A stretch of DNA of 64,000 bases from an uncultured Candidatus Saccharibacteria bacterium (GTDB taxonomy: Bacteria; Patescibacteriota; Doudnabacteria; UBA920; VMFF01). Position 1 is the first letter of the stretch. Each line of letters begins with the position of its first letter. Location: NCBI GenBank assembly GCA_964364285.1, contig CAYIKZ010000002.1, positions 3,800 through 67,799 of the forward strand, written 5' to 3'. Made by a program: the position numbers and the translations under genes. The notes under the pieces were generated by a model. It saw only the letters and a list, made by a program, of their open reading frames with translations. It made no database searches and was not told the origin of the DNA. This document shows positions 1-10,058 of this stretch, in pieces.

Positions 1-304
1 CTTTGAATTGTATTTAAATGATAATGGTGTTTACCCTCAATACGGAACAGCAGGAACAGAATATGATTTAAGCACAGCAATGGCAAATGCAAACCCTGCT
101 CCTTTGGTTCCAGGATATGTTAGTCAAGTACCAACAGACCCTGCACTTGCTGCACAAAATCATCCGTATAGATATGTTACAGATGCAGGGGGAAGAAACT
201 TTGGTTTAGGAATATATTTTGAAGGGGACAATGCATATTGTAAGTATCGCAGTGCTGGTGGACTTGTAACTTGGTTTTCTAGCGCACCTGACTGTGTTAG
301 ATAA
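1..304 (+). CDS. Type IV pilin / pseudopilin-like protein, 5'-partial (N-terminal helix lies upstream of the window)
   Basis: The frame is open from nt 2. It contains the pilin-type motif LYLNDNGVYP and a GspG/pilin-like C-terminal region, ending ...SAPDCVR. Confidence 0.5.
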   Translation, partial: FELYLNDNGVYPQYGTAGTEYDLSTAMANANPAPLVPGYVSQVPTDPALAAQNHPYRYVTDAGGRNFGLGIYFEGDNAYCKYRSAGGLVTWFSSAPDCVR

Positions 305-308
305 CAAA

Positions 309-333
309 AGCACCGTAGCTAACGGTGCTTTTT
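309..333 (+). terminator. Rho-independent terminator after the pilin gene
   Basis: Stem gcaccgt / acggtgc with a 5-nt loop, followed by TTTTT. Confidence 0.6.
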
Positions 334-379
334 AAAATACTACTTATCAAATTTTGGAAAGTGTGAGTATCAATAATTT

Positions 380-1207
380 TTAATCGTTGTTTTCCGCTTT
401 GTTAGTGCTTTGATCACTTTGGTCTGAGGAGTTTGAACCTTGAGTATTTTCTTTTTCATCTGTCTCCTGTAACTCCTTGGTTTCTTCTGCTTCTTCTGCT
501 TCCTCTACCTCTTCAGCTTCTTGTTCTTCTTTTTGCTCAAGCTCTTCTTTTTTCTGATCATCTTCACTCATTTCTTCTTCTATGTTTTCCTGTTCGTTTT
601 GAAGAGAATCTTCAAGCTGATCCTTTTTCTGTTCAAGCGTGTCAATCTGTCCATCAATATCCTTAAGCTGTGCTTCCAATATCGCTATCTGTGTTGTGTT
701 TCCGATGCGACGTGCCTCTGTAAGAAGATTTGTCTTGATTTCTTTACGTTGTGCTTTTAGTTGGTCTTTCGCTGCTTTAAAAGTTTCCTCCAAAATTTTG
801 TCTCGCAAGTCAAACTCATCGTTCAATGTTTTGGCAAGAGCTGATACATCTTTGCCAGATGTTTTTTCTTCATTAACTATTTCTGCGGCATATGCCACAT
901 TAGCTTTAAGAAGCGACTCAGCTATTGCAAGCCCCTTAGCATTAACACCTTTTTTCTCAACCATTATCTTAATTTCCGCAATTCGCTCTCCTGCAAATTC
1001 AATTTGCAATTTAGCTTTTGCCTCGGGATTAAAGGTAAAGAATTGACGAAGATTTTCGCCTAAACGATCAAGGAAATAGAAAGGGCTTGCCGGAGTTAGA
1101 CCTGCTGACGGAAGCGTGACTTGTGTGTTTTGTGCAAAAGCAGTTCCCGTTACTGTTGCAAACAAGGTCACTAGTGCGAAGATGCTAGATACGAATATTT
1201 TTTTCAT
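380..1207 (-). CDS. Secreted coiled-coil protein with a highly acidic (E/D-rich) C-terminal tail
   Basis: 275-aa ORF with an N-terminal signal peptide (MKKIFVSSIFALVTLFATVTGTAFA). It has long heptad-like K/E/Q-rich segments and a poly-E tail. Confidence 0.55.
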   Translation of the reverse strand: MKKIFVSSIFALVTLFATVTGTAFAQNTQVTLPSAGLTPASPFYFLDRLGENLRQFFTFNPEAKAKLQIEFAGERIAEIKIMVEKKGVNAKGLAIAESLLKANVAYAAEIVNEEKTSGKDVSALAKTLNDEFDLRDKILEETFKAAKDQLKAQRKEIKTNLLTEARRIGNTTQIAILEAQLKDIDGQIDTLEQKKDQLEDSLQNEQENIEEEMSEDDQKKEELEQKEEQEAEEVEEAEEAEETKELQETDEKENTQGSNSSDQSDQSTNKAENND

Positions 1208-1297
1208 AGATATTTTGTTAGATTATTAAATTATTTAATACTTGCTGTATTAGTATAGCATAATAGCTCTGCCGTTATGGATATAGTTGAGCCTATT

Positions 1298-1330
1298 TTG
1301 TTTTTCAAGCGCACCAGATTGTGTTAGATA
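1298..1330 (+). pseudogene. Remnant of a pilin gene 3' end (copy of nt 272-304)
   Basis: About 30 bp near-identical to the last codons plus stop of the upstream pilin gene (FSSAPDCVR*). No upstream ORF body. Confidence 0.45.
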
Positions 1331-1378
1331 ACTAAAATACCGCAAACGTGGCATTTTAGAAAATATTTTATTATAGTT

Positions 1379-1615
1379 TTAATTTTTTATGCCGAAGAAA
1401 ATATATTCCTTATTGCAAGACGATTCAATGTAATCAATTTGTTCTTGAAGGGCAATCAGATCAGATCTCAATTCTGGAACAATCAAAGTTGGTAAAGCAT
1501 CCACTGAGTTATGAATACAGGTAAGTTTTCGATCCATTTTACCTATTTGCCATTGCAATGCGAACAAAAAAACTATTCCAAAAAATATCCAAGTGTAAAT
1601 GTGTGATTTTTGCAT
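1379..1615 (-). CDS. Small membrane protein (hypothetical)
   Basis: 78-aa ORF with one clear hydrophobic helix. Confidence 0.35.
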   Translation of the reverse strand: MQKSHIYTWIFFGIVFLFALQWQIGKMDRKLTCIHNSVDALPTLIVPELRSDLIALQEQIDYIESSCNKEYIFFGIKN

Positions 1616-1630
1616 GTCGGATTTATTAAA

Positions 1631-2194
1631 TTATGTTTTTAAATTGTCGACCTTTGCTCGTAATTCATCGTCTAATAGTGAATATATTTCAGGTGCAATT
1701 TTCTCTTTAGAGGGGAGTATTTTCAAAAATTCATTTTGCAATATTTCTTTTACATCTTTATCTAAAAGATTATTCCAATAAATCACTGGTTGGATTAGCG
1801 CCATCGTTGCCATTGCTCTTCTTTCTTCATTGGCATTTTGTAAAGTTCGCAAAGCATCGTTAATTAATTTTCGCAACCAAGCTTCTTTTCCTTCGCTCGG
1901 ATGTTCTTGGCAAACTACATATTCCACCAACGCCTCAACTGAATCAGGATCATTCATTAATAGAAATGGTGCAAGCTCCGACCAGACAAAGGGTTCTTGT
2001 TTCGGGATACCGGCTGCTATATATCGAGTCGATAGTGCGCCATAGAGACCAGCCAGGTGAGGCGTTGTGTCGCCATTTAACGGAATCTTTCCTTGTTGTG
2101 CTGCAAGAAGATGTTTTTTGTATGAAGCGCGCATCGATTCCCTCGTTGCGTCGGCACTCCCTAGATGATTTAAAACTTCATTTAGTAAGCTCAT
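1631..2194 (-). CDS. Hypothetical protein
   Basis: 187-aa ORF with host-like composition. No motif recognised. Confidence 0.45.
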   Translation of the reverse strand: MSLLNEVLNHLGSADATRESMRASYKKHLLAAQQGKIPLNGDTTPHLAGLYGALSTRYIAAGIPKQEPFVWSELAPFLLMNDPDSVEALVEYVVCQEHPSEGKEAWLRKLINDALRTLQNANEERRAMATMALIQPVIYWNNLLDKDVKEILQNEFLKILPSKEKIAPEIYSLLDDELRAKVDNLKT

Positions 2195-2266
2195 ATGATC
2201 AAAATTTTCTTTCCCTTGTTAATACTAATTAGCCATTGAGATAGATAGATCGATGTTTTTCTTTTT

Positions 2267-2353
2267 TGGTGCCCTGGGTGGGACTTGAACCCACACGGGA
2301 TTACTCCCATACGTACCTGAAACGTACGCGTATGCCAATTCCGCCACCAGGGC
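2267..2353 (-). tRNA. tRNA-Leu (anticodon CAG), class II with a long variable arm
   Basis: Manual fold: 7-bp acceptor, D arm GCG/CGC, anticodon stem TACGT/ACGTA, loop TTCAGGT, variable hairpin GGGA/TCCC, T arm GTGGG-TTCAAGT-CCCAC, ACCA end. Confidence 0.85.
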
Positions 2354-2359
2354 AGGAAA

Positions 2360-4120
2360 CTATTTCAGATCTCTACCGGTTTCTAAATACCAGTGATTTA
2401 CATCATAGAAGCGATCTTCTGGATTTGCAAGCACCTTGATGTTAATCCCTTTTACATCAGGGCGCATCTCATAAACAAAAACGCTTTGGTCCAGGATTAT
2501 TGCAGGCAGGTCGTATGAGAAAATATCCTGAAACTGTTTGTAGAAACCATCTCTAGTTGAACCATTAAAAGTTGTTCTTGCATCAGCAATAATCTTGTCG
2601 ATTGTTAAGTTCTTGTATTGAGCAAGATTAACTCCAGGGTTGTTACTCTGAGATGAGTGCCAGAATATAAATGGGTCTGGGTCGTAGCCACTGCTTTCTG
2701 CAAAGAGTAAAGCTTCAAAATTTCTTGTACGCAAGTGATTTTTCTCAAACTCTGCGCTTGCAACAACATTAACATTAATATTCAACCCTATCTTAGACCA
2801 TTGCTCTTTCAAAGCCTCGGCACTTTTAACATTCAAAGAAAAGTCATTTGTAGTGATTGTAAATTGCAATGCATCTTTTCCTCTAAAGCGCATTCCAGAA
2901 GAATCTTTTTTCCAACCGTCTTTTTCCAAGATTGCATTTGCTGCTTCCAAGTCAAAAGAGTTTTTCTGAGTAACACTTTGATCATAACCAATCTGTCCAG
3001 GAAGAATCGGTGTGTACGCGGGCAGTGCCATTCCTGCATATACATCCTTGATGAAAGATTCTCGGTTGATGCTCTTTGCAAGCGCTTCTCTAACAGCGTG
3101 ACTTCCCAAAGCTTTGTTTTTGCTAAGGTTAAAGAACAACGCTTGATACTGGTTTACAGGGATTTGTAAGATATTTAACTTTGTATTCTTTGGGTCAACA
3201 AAAATCTTCTTGTCAAAAGGAATGAAGCCGATTGAATCAACCTCCTTAGTGTGTAGTCCTGAAATCATGTCTTGGTTGGTTTGGTAGAACTTAAGAGATA
3301 CTTCGTCTATATATGCTTTGCCGTTTGCATAATTAGAATATGACTCTAAGAGAATAGATCTAACAGTTCCGTTTGGTAATTTGTTAATTTCTTTAACAAA
3401 ATATGGACCATTGCCAACAGGTTCTAGATTGTATTTAGCAATGTAGAAGTTTTGAGGGGGGACATTTTGCCAAATGTGTTTTGGAAGAATTCCAAGAGTT
3501 AAGTTAGTAACAAAAGGAGCGGAAACATTCTTATTTGTAAACTTAATAGTTAAGTTATCAATCTTTTCTGCAACAATGCTGTTCCAAAGTGCATGTACTG
3601 GGCTCTTGTAATCAGGGTTCTGGATTGTTTGAATGGTAAAAATAACGTCATCTGCAGTAATTGAATGTCCGTCATGCCATTTTAAATTTGGTTTTAAAGA
3701 AATGGTGTATTGTTTCTGGTCATCAGAAAGCTTAAAGTTTTCAGTGGCTAAATCAGGAACAATATTTCCTTGATTGTCATACTTGTATAGTCCTGAAAAA
3801 ACAAGCCTTGTTAAATCTTTGTCAGTTTGAGTTTGAGCAAGTAGGGGATTAATAAAGCGTGGTTCTCCAACCATACCTTCACTGTAACTACCACCATTTG
3901 CAGGTACAACAACAGTGTTTGCAGAATATAAACCAATGCTTAACAACAACACATCTATGATTATTAAAGCAAGGAGGGAAAAGATCCAAATCTTTTCTTT
4001 TTTGCCAAACATCTTAAAGATAGGGGTAAGATGCTTAAACTTAAAAGAACGCAGATTTCTAATCCCGCGTCCAGTTCTCTTAAGTTCAGTTATTGAGTTT
4101 TCTAACAACATTTTTTCCAA
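2360..4120 (-). CDS. ABC transporter substrate-binding protein, family 5 (peptide/nickel type), membrane-anchored
   Basis: 586 aa with an N-terminal TM anchor and family-5 SBP-like sequence throughout. An alternative start at 4012 is possible. Confidence 0.75.
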   Translation of the reverse strand: MEKMLLENSITELKRTGRGIRNLRSFKFKHLTPIFKMFGKKEKIWIFSLLALIIIDVLLLSIGLYSANTVVVPANGGSYSEGMVGEPRFINPLLAQTQTDKDLTRLVFSGLYKYDNQGNIVPDLATENFKLSDDQKQYTISLKPNLKWHDGHSITADDVIFTIQTIQNPDYKSPVHALWNSIVAEKIDNLTIKFTNKNVSAPFVTNLTLGILPKHIWQNVPPQNFYIAKYNLEPVGNGPYFVKEINKLPNGTVRSILLESYSNYANGKAYIDEVSLKFYQTNQDMISGLHTKEVDSIGFIPFDKKIFVDPKNTKLNILQIPVNQYQALFFNLSKNKALGSHAVREALAKSINRESFIKDVYAGMALPAYTPILPGQIGYDQSVTQKNSFDLEAANAILEKDGWKKDSSGMRFRGKDALQFTITTNDFSLNVKSAEALKEQWSKIGLNINVNVVASAEFEKNHLRTRNFEALLFAESSGYDPDPFIFWHSSQSNNPGVNLAQYKNLTIDKIIADARTTFNGSTRDGFYKQFQDIFSYDLPAIILDQSVFVYEMRPDVKGINIKVLANPEDRFYDVNHWYLETGRDLK

Positions 4121-4122
4121 TG

Positions 4123-4353
4123 CTATTTTTTAACTAAGACAACTGCTAATCCTAATCCCACAAAGGCAATTGCTAATATGATAGTAAAGTAGAAAAGCCA
4201 CTTTTCAAACCCACGTTTTGTTCTGTAAATCGCATCCCCACCACCAAACACACCAGATAGCCCAACCCCTTTGCTTTGGGAAAGGATTACAGCAGTAAGG
4301 ATAACCCCAACCGCTATTTGTATTAAGCTTAGTATTTTTTGTAAATTAGTCAT
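4123..4353 (-). CDS. secG: Preprotein translocase subunit SecG
   Basis: 76 aa with two TM helices and a central GKGxGL...FGGG motif typical of SecG. Confidence 0.7.
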   Translation of the reverse strand: MTNLQKILSLIQIAVGVILTAVILSQSKGVGLSGVFGGGDAIYRTKRGFEKWLFYFTIILAIAFVGLGLAVVLVKK

Positions 4354-4399
4354 GCGAAAAGTATATCAAATAAAGGGTTTTGCGGTCAACGATGCTTTT

Positions 4400-6178
4400 T
4401 TAGAGGTTTTCTAACAGATCCTTAGCAGTCTTTTCACCTAAGATTGAAACTAGTTCCTTTTTAGACGCTTTCTTCATACCCCCCACTGACCCAAATCTTT
4501 GAATTAAGAGCTTTTTCTTTTTTGGACCAATCCCAGGAACTTCATCAAGCACTGATTTGTATGCTTGTTTAGATCTAAGCTTCTTATGGAAGGTTATTGC
4601 AAAACGATGTGCTTCATCTCTTAACCTTTGTAGTAGCTGCAAGGCATGGTTTGATTTTGAGAGAATAATTGAATTAGATTTTCCAGGAACAAAGATTTCT
4701 TCCTCTCTTTTTGCAAGACCAATAACTGGAATTTTAAGCTTGTACAAAGAAAGCACTTTCACAGCAACACCAAGTTGTCCTTTTCCTCCATCAACAATCA
4801 AGAGGTTAGGTAGAGGCCATTTGTGTTCAGCACTGTTTTTAAATCTTCTAGTTAATGTTTCTTCCATCATTGCAAAATCATTTGGTCTCCCATCATTTTT
4901 TATCTTAAACTTCCTGTACTCTGATTTTTTAGCTTTTCCACCTTCAAAGACAACCATGCTCGCAACTGAGTTTGTTCCTTGGATATTTGAAATATCAAAA
5001 CATTCAATACGGAATGGAGTTTCAGAAAGCTTCAAAACTTTCTTTAGTTCATCTAAAGCAAGTGTTGTTCTAGAAAGTTCAGTTGCTTGACTGGTTGCCC
5101 ATGACTCAAAATACTCTTGGGCATTTTCAATTCCCATCTTGATAACCTCGGCTTTTTTTCCAATCCTTGGCTTTGTAATCTTAATCTTTCTCCCTGAATT
5201 TAAAGTCATAACCTTAGTCAAAGCAGAAAGCTCCTTTGGTATTTGCTGGACAAAGATTTCCTTAGGAAGATTTGTTGCTTGAGAATAATAGTTTTCTAAG
5301 AAAGCAGAGAATATTTCTTCTTCAGCTTTGTTTTCAGTGTTTTCTAAAATGAAATTTTTTCGGTCATTTAACTTCCCATTTCGTATCACAAAAACATTAA
5401 TAGTTGCTTTGTCGGTACTTTGAAAACACGAAACAAAATCCCACGAAACCTTTTGGGTGAAAATGACTTTTTGACGTTCTTCAATAATGAGGAGAGATTG
5501 CAATTGATTCCTAAGCTCTGCCGCTCTTTCAAATTGCTTAGTTTTAGAAGCTTTGAGCATTTGTGCTTGAATTTCTTTTTTAATTTCAGAAATATGTCCG
5601 CCTAAGAACAAGACAATCTTTTGAATTGTTTTTTCGTATTCTGAAAGAGATATCTTTCCAACGCAAACACCAGGACATTGATGGAGGAAGTAATAGAAGC
5701 AGGGGCGATTTGAAACCTTCTTATTTGCACAATATGGGAAAACTCTTCTTAAGATATTAAGAGTCTCCTTTATTTTCATAGCAGAGGAATATGGTCCAAA
5801 ATACTTCGCGTTTTTAGAATCCGGATTTCTTACTGAATATATCTGCGGAATTTCAGTTTCATAGTCAATTTTAATATATGCATAGTTCTTGTCATCTCGA
5901 AGCATGACATTGTACTTTGGTTGATGCTTTTTGATCAGTGTGTTTTCAAGCATCAAAGACTCAAGCTCATTGTCTGTAATGATGTAATCAAAATCAACCG
6001 CATCATTAACCAAAAAAGGTATTTGTGGGCGGTTATCGTGCCCATCAAAATATTGTCCAACTCTTGATTTCAGGTTTAGAGCCTTTCCAATATATATGAC
6101 AGCACCTTGTTTGTTCTTAAACAGGTAAACCCCTGTTTTCTTGGGCGTATTTCGTAATTTAACCTTGACCTTGTCCAT
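4400..6178 (-). CDS. uvrC: Excinuclease ABC subunit C (UvrC)
   Basis: Full-length UvrC (GIY-YIG, UvrC homology region, C-terminal HhH). The ORF-track start at 6340 runs into the GC-rich island; the ATG at 6178 (MDKVKV...) fits the composition change. Confidence 0.9.
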   Translation of the reverse strand: MDKVKVKLRNTPKKTGVYLFKNKQGAVIYIGKALNLKSRVGQYFDGHDNRPQIPFLVNDAVDFDYIITDNELESLMLENTLIKKHQPKYNVMLRDDKNYAYIKIDYETEIPQIYSVRNPDSKNAKYFGPYSSAMKIKETLNILRRVFPYCANKKVSNRPCFYYFLHQCPGVCVGKISLSEYEKTIQKIVLFLGGHISEIKKEIQAQMLKASKTKQFERAAELRNQLQSLLIIEERQKVIFTQKVSWDFVSCFQSTDKATINVFVIRNGKLNDRKNFILENTENKAEEEIFSAFLENYYSQATNLPKEIFVQQIPKELSALTKVMTLNSGRKIKITKPRIGKKAEVIKMGIENAQEYFESWATSQATELSRTTLALDELKKVLKLSETPFRIECFDISNIQGTNSVASMVVFEGGKAKKSEYRKFKIKNDGRPNDFAMMEETLTRRFKNSAEHKWPLPNLLIVDGGKGQLGVAVKVLSLYKLKIPVIGLAKREEEIFVPGKSNSIILSKSNHALQLLQRLRDEAHRFAITFHKKLRSKQAYKSVLDEVPGIGPKKKKLLIQRFGSVGGMKKASKKELVSILGEKTAKDLLENL

Positions 6179-6254
6179 ATCGCTATTATATAGTATATTT
6201 TTTAGCTGTGTCCTAGCAGTATTCCCATGGGTCTCTTCCTCAGGAGGACCAAGC

Positions 6255-6752
6255 ATGCCAAACAGCAATGGGGCTGAGACTCTGGTTCGAGTGACTGAGA
6301 AGTATAATAGTCTTCTCGAAACTCTCGATCGGGAGATCAACAGCGCCCGACAGCTGGATGGTTTCAGGCTCTACTCGATGTACACCGGGCAGATGGAGTT
6401 CGTTGTCAGAGAGGTGGGAGTGCTTCGGTCATACCACACTGACGACGATAAGATTGTCCGTTATTGGTGGGCGATCAAGCAGCTTACCACGCTTTTGCAC
6501 AAGCTGGAGGCTGCTCAGCTCAAATTCTTGAAGGACCGGGCGCATATTTTGCCGCAGAAGTTTTTCCGTTTCCGGCGTCGCGTTCTGCAAGACTCTGGAC
6601 ACTCGCATCTGATACAGCTGACAAAGGAGTGCGCACACTGGGTGCACATCTTCGCCCGTGCTGCGAACAGCCCCAATGCAACAGTGTATAGGCTCCGACC
6701 GCAGCTGGTTGGAATCCTGACACGGATGCAAGATATACAAACCAGACTTTAG
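6255..6752 (+). CDS. Hypothetical protein encoded in GC-rich island 1
   Basis: 166 aa from an ATG preceded by GGAGG. GC-rich codon usage unlike its neighbours. No recognised domain. Confidence 0.5.
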   Translation: MPNSNGAETLVRVTEKYNSLLETLDREINSARQLDGFRLYSMYTGQMEFVVREVGVLRSYHTDDDKIVRYWWAIKQLTTLLHKLEAAQLKFLKDRAHILPQKFFRFRRRVLQDSGHSHLIQLTKECAHWVHIFARAANSPNATVYRLRPQLVGILTRMQDIQTRL

Positions 6753-6819
6753 AATAGGAGGAAATAACAGGAAGAGTTTTTCAGTTCACGTTGCGCGTAG
6801 TCCTCACACAGGAGAACCG

Positions 6820-7011
6820 ATGGCACGTATGAGAGCGTACTGGGATTCCGGATTTGACAACGCCGCTCGCCACAAGAAGAGCAAGGGAGAAGCCCGTCGT
6901 CGTCGGGAAGATCCCGACGCACAGGCGAAGCAAGTGGCGGCGCAGATCGCCACGCTTGCTCGCAAGAACGCGGTTGGATCCCGTTCCTCGCTGCTGCACA
7001 TCAAGCAGTGA
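6820..7011 (+). CDS. Small basic protein encoded in GC-rich island 1 (hypothetical)
   Basis: 63 aa, Arg/Lys-rich, AGGAG 5 nt upstream of the ATG. Confidence 0.35.
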   Translation: MARMRAYWDSGFDNAARHKKSKGEARRRREDPDAQAKQVAAQIATLARKNAVGSRSSLLHIKQ

Positions 7012-7139
7012 GCTTCCTGAACACAACAGCCACCACCTTGGGTAACACCAAGATGGTGGCTGGTTCATTCCTCATGGCTCCTTGACCGGAGCTTGACATC
7101 GGGTGTATACTTTTTCTTACTTTGTTTGTAATAAAAGGT

Positions 7140-9965
7140 ATGATAAAGATACGAGGTGCAAAACAGCATAATTTGAAGAATATTAACTTGGATTTACCAA
7201 GTAATAAGCTTATCGTAATGACAGGACTTTCCGGCTCAGGGAAGTCTTCTTTAGCGTTTGATACCATCTATGCGGAAGGACAGCGTAGATATGTTGAGTC
7301 GCTTTCAGCGTATGCAAGACAGTTTTTGGGGTTAATGGATAAACCTGATGTTGAAAGCATTGAAGGTCTTTCTCCAGCAATTTCAATAGATCAGAAAAGC
7401 GCATCACATAATCCTCGTTCAACAGTTGGAACTGTTACTGAAATATATGACTATCTCCGTTTACTCTATGCAAGAGTAGGTGTGCCACACTGTCCTGTTT
7501 GTGGAAAGAAAATCTCCGGACAAACAGTTAGCCAAATGATCGATCAACTTTCAAACCTCCCTCATGGATCAAAGATAATCCTGATGGCTCCGTTCATCAA
7601 AGATCAAAAAGGAGAACACAAACATGTTTTAGAGGAAGCAAAAAAAGCAGGGTATGCCAGAGTCAGAGTCGATAGTATAGTTATGGATTTAGATGAGGCT
7701 TTAAGATTAAACTTAGATAAAAAGAAGAAACACTCAATTGAAGTTGTAATTGATCGTATTACCATAGACAAGGATGAGCGTGGAAGACTTGCTGATTCTT
7801 TAGAAACAGCCTTGGAGTTAGGTGATGAAACAGCCATTGTTCAGTTAGCAGACAATTCTAGTAAAGAAATTTTACTTTCTCAGAAATTTGCATGTCCAGA
7901 AGGGCACATGAGCATGCCAGAGTTAGCACCAAGAAACTTTTCTTTCAATTCACCACACGGTGCTTGTCCTGAATGTACAGGTTTAGGAACAAAATTAGAA
8001 ATTGTTCCAGAACTAGTCATACCAAATCCAAAACTTACCTTAGCAGAGGGAGCAATTCGTCCTTGGAGCAAAACTACATCTCGTATTTCATGGTATACAA
8101 GGATTCTACAAGCAGTTGCTGATGAGTTTGGTTTTTCAATGGATGTTCCAATTTCAAAACTTCCTAAATCAGCGGTTGATATAATTCTGCATGGAACTGG
8201 AGAAAAAAAGATCTCAGTAGAACATGGGGAAGATGATTTTGAATATGATTACAACACCACATTTGAAGGTGTAATTCCAAACCTTGAACGTAGATACAGA
8301 GAAACTGATTCTGATTACATGCGCAGAGAAATTGAAAACTACATGCGTATTACTGAATGTCCTGTTTGTTTTGGAAAGAGATTAAAACCAGAGGCTCTTG
8401 CTGTGACAGTTGTAGACAAGGGAATTGTTGATGTTTCAAAAATGAGCATTGATGATGCTGAACTTTTCTTTAGAGACTTAAACAAAAAACTTTCAGAGAA
8501 AGACAAAAAGATTGCATATCAAATATTAAAAGAAATTAGCGCAAGACTTTCTTTCCTCAAAGATGTTGGTCTAAACTATTTAACACTTGATAGAAGCGCA
8601 GACACTCTTTCCGGAGGAGAAGCACAACGTATTCGCTTAGCAACACAGATTGGTTCTGGTTTAACAGGTGTTTTGTATATCTTAGATGAACCATCAATTG
8701 GTTTACACCAAAGAGACAATGACCGTTTACTAAAAACCCTTAAAGGATTAAGAGATTTAGGAAACACAGTCATTGTTGTTGAACATGATCAAGATACCAT
8801 TGAGTCATCTGATTGGGTTGTTGATATTGGACCAGGCGCAGGTAAGCATGGTGGAGAAATCATTGCAGAAGGAACACCAGCACAAATAAAGAAGAACAAG
8901 AATTCAATAACAGGGCAATATCTTTCTGGTGTTGAGAAAATAGAGGTGCCAAAAAGAAGACATCCTGGAAACGGTAAGAAACTAAGCATCATAGGAGCAG
9001 AAGAGCATAATTTAAAAAATATTAATGTTGATCTTCCTCTTGGTAAATTTGTTGTTTTAACTGGTGTTTCAGGTTCAGGTAAATCAACCTTGCTTAATGA
9101 AATTCTTGCAAAAGCTCTTTCAAACTATTTCTACAACTCAAAAGAAGCAGTTGGTAAACACAAGAAACTTCAAGGTGTTGAACACATCGACAAGGTAATA
9201 AACATAGATCAATCACCAATCGGAAGAACACCAAGATCAAACCCTGCGACATACACAGGCGTTTTCACATATATTAGAGATCTCTTTGCTGCAACTCCAG
9301 AAGCAAAAATGCGAGGTTACAAAGCTGGTAGATTCTCCTTCAATGTTAAAGGAGGTAGATGTGAGGTTTGTGGTGGTGACGGAGTTATTAAAATTGAGAT
9401 GCATTTCTTAGCTGATGTCTATGTTGCTTGTGAAGAATGTAAAGGTAAGAGATACAACAGAGAAGCTTTAGAAATACATTACAAAGAAAAAAATATCTCT
9501 GATGTTTTAGAGATGACAGTTGATGAAGCAAAGACTTTCTTCAAACATATCCCATTAATCTACAAGAAACTAGAAACACTTTCAGAAGTAGGTCTTGGTT
9601 ACATGCACCTTGGTCAGCAAGCAACAACTCTTTCTGGTGGAGAAGCACAGCGTATAAAATTGTCTGCAGAACTTTCCCGTGCATCAACAGGGAGAACACT
9701 CTACATCTTGGATGAACCAACAACAGGATTGCACTTTGCCGATGTTAAACGACTCCTTTCAGTTTTAAACAAACTTGTTGAAAAAGGAAACACAGTCGTT
9801 GTCATTGAACACAACCTTGATGTCATAAAAAGCGCGGATTGGGTTATTGACCTAGGTCCTGAAGGCGGGGACAAGGGCGGAGAATTAATAGCCGCCGGAA
9901 CCCCTGAAGATGTGTCGAAGATAAAGAGAAGTTACACAGGACAATATCTAAAAAAGATGCTTTAA
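7140..9965 (+). CDS. uvrA: Excinuclease ABC subunit A (UvrA)
   Basis: Two ABC ATPase modules with zinc fingers and the conserved N-terminus [17 protein letters not shown] 7140 with AAAGG is preferred over the TTG at 7122. Confidence 0.95.
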   Translation: MIKIRGAKQHNLKNINLDLPSNKLIVMTGLSGSGKSSLAFDTIYAEGQRRYVESLSAYARQFLGLMDKPDVESIEGLSPAISIDQKSASHNPRSTVGTVTEIYDYLRLLYARVGVPHCPVCGKKISGQTVSQMIDQLSNLPHGSKIILMAPFIKDQKGEHKHVLEEAKKAGYARVRVDSIVMDLDEALRLNLDKKKKHSIEVVIDRITIDKDERGRLADSLETALELGDETAIVQLADNSSKEILLSQKFACPEGHMSMPELAPRNFSFNSPHGACPECTGLGTKLEIVPELVIPNPKLTLAEGAIRPWSKTTSRISWYTRILQAVADEFGFSMDVPISKLPKSAVDIILHGTGEKKISVEHGEDDFEYDYNTTFEGVIPNLERRYRETDSDYMRREIENYMRITECPVCFGKRLKPEALAVTVVDKGIVDVSKMSIDDAELFFRDLNKKLSEKDKKIAYQILKEISARLSFLKDVGLNYLTLDRSADTLSGGEAQRIRLATQIGSGLTGVLYILDEPSIGLHQRDNDRLLKTLKGLRDLGNTVIVVEHDQDTIESSDWVVDIGPGAGKHGGEIIAEGTPAQIKKNKNSITGQYLSGVEKIEVPKRRHPGNGKKLSIIGAEEHNLKNINVDLPLGKFVVLTGVSGSGKSTLLNEILAKALSNYFYNSKEAVGKHKKLQGVEHIDKVINIDQSPIGRTPRSNPATYTGVFTYIRDLFAATPEAKMRGYKAGRFSFNVKGGRCEVCGGDGVIKIEMHFLADVYVACEECKGKRYNREALEIHYKEKNISDVLEMTVDEAKTFFKHIPLIYKKLETLSEVGLGYMHLGQQATTLSGGEAQRIKLSAELSRASTGRTLYILDEPTTGLHFADVKRLLSVLNKLVEKGNTVVVIEHNLDVIKSADWVIDLGPEGGDKGGELIAAGTPEDVSKIKRSYTGQYLKKML

Positions 9966-9966
9966 C

Positions 9967-9992
9967 AAAAGACCCTTAAGAAGGGTCTTTTT
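9967..9992 (+). terminator. Rho-independent terminator after uvrA
   Basis: Stem agaccctt / aagggtct with loop aag, followed by TTTTT. Confidence 0.6.
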
Positions 9993-10017
9993 AGCACTTG
10001 ACATGTTAGACTGCTAA
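9991..10017 (+). promoter_or_regulatory. CIRCE operator (HrcA binding site) with an embedded TTGACA -35
   Basis: TTAGCACTT-N9-GACTGCTAA against consensus TTAGCACTC-N9-GAGTGCTAA. Confidence 0.7.
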
Positions 10018-10031
10018 ATATTAAAATGTCT

Positions 10032-10058
10032 TTAGCAAACAGTAGAGGAGAGTGCTAA
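10032..10058 (+). promoter_or_regulatory. Second CIRCE-like element abutting the hrcA start codon
   Basis: TTAGCAAAC-N9-GAGTGCTAA. The right arm is perfect. It overlaps the AGGAG RBS. Confidence 0.55.

Noticed and set aside
433-1046. Three plus-strand ORFs (77-135 aa) overlapping the 380-1207 minus-strand gene
   Set aside because: Low-complexity translations of the antisense strand of the poly-E/coiled-coil coding repeats. No RBS. Entirely nested in a better-supported gene.
6141-6340. N-terminal 54-codon extension of uvrC, and the 6141 start of the island ORF
   Set aside because: Both extensions cross the sharp composition boundary. Internal ATGs (6178 minus, 6255 plus) have better context.
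6429-7068. Minus-strand ORFs (103, 67, 95, 66 aa) inside GC-rich island 1
   Set aside because: GC-rich DNA yields long open frames on both strands by chance. The plus-strand ORFs have GGAGG/AGGAG sites and the minus ones do not.
7122-7139. TTG start extending uvrA by six codons
   Set aside because: The ATG at 7140 with AAAGG spacing matches the conserved UvrA N-terminus (MIKIRGA...).
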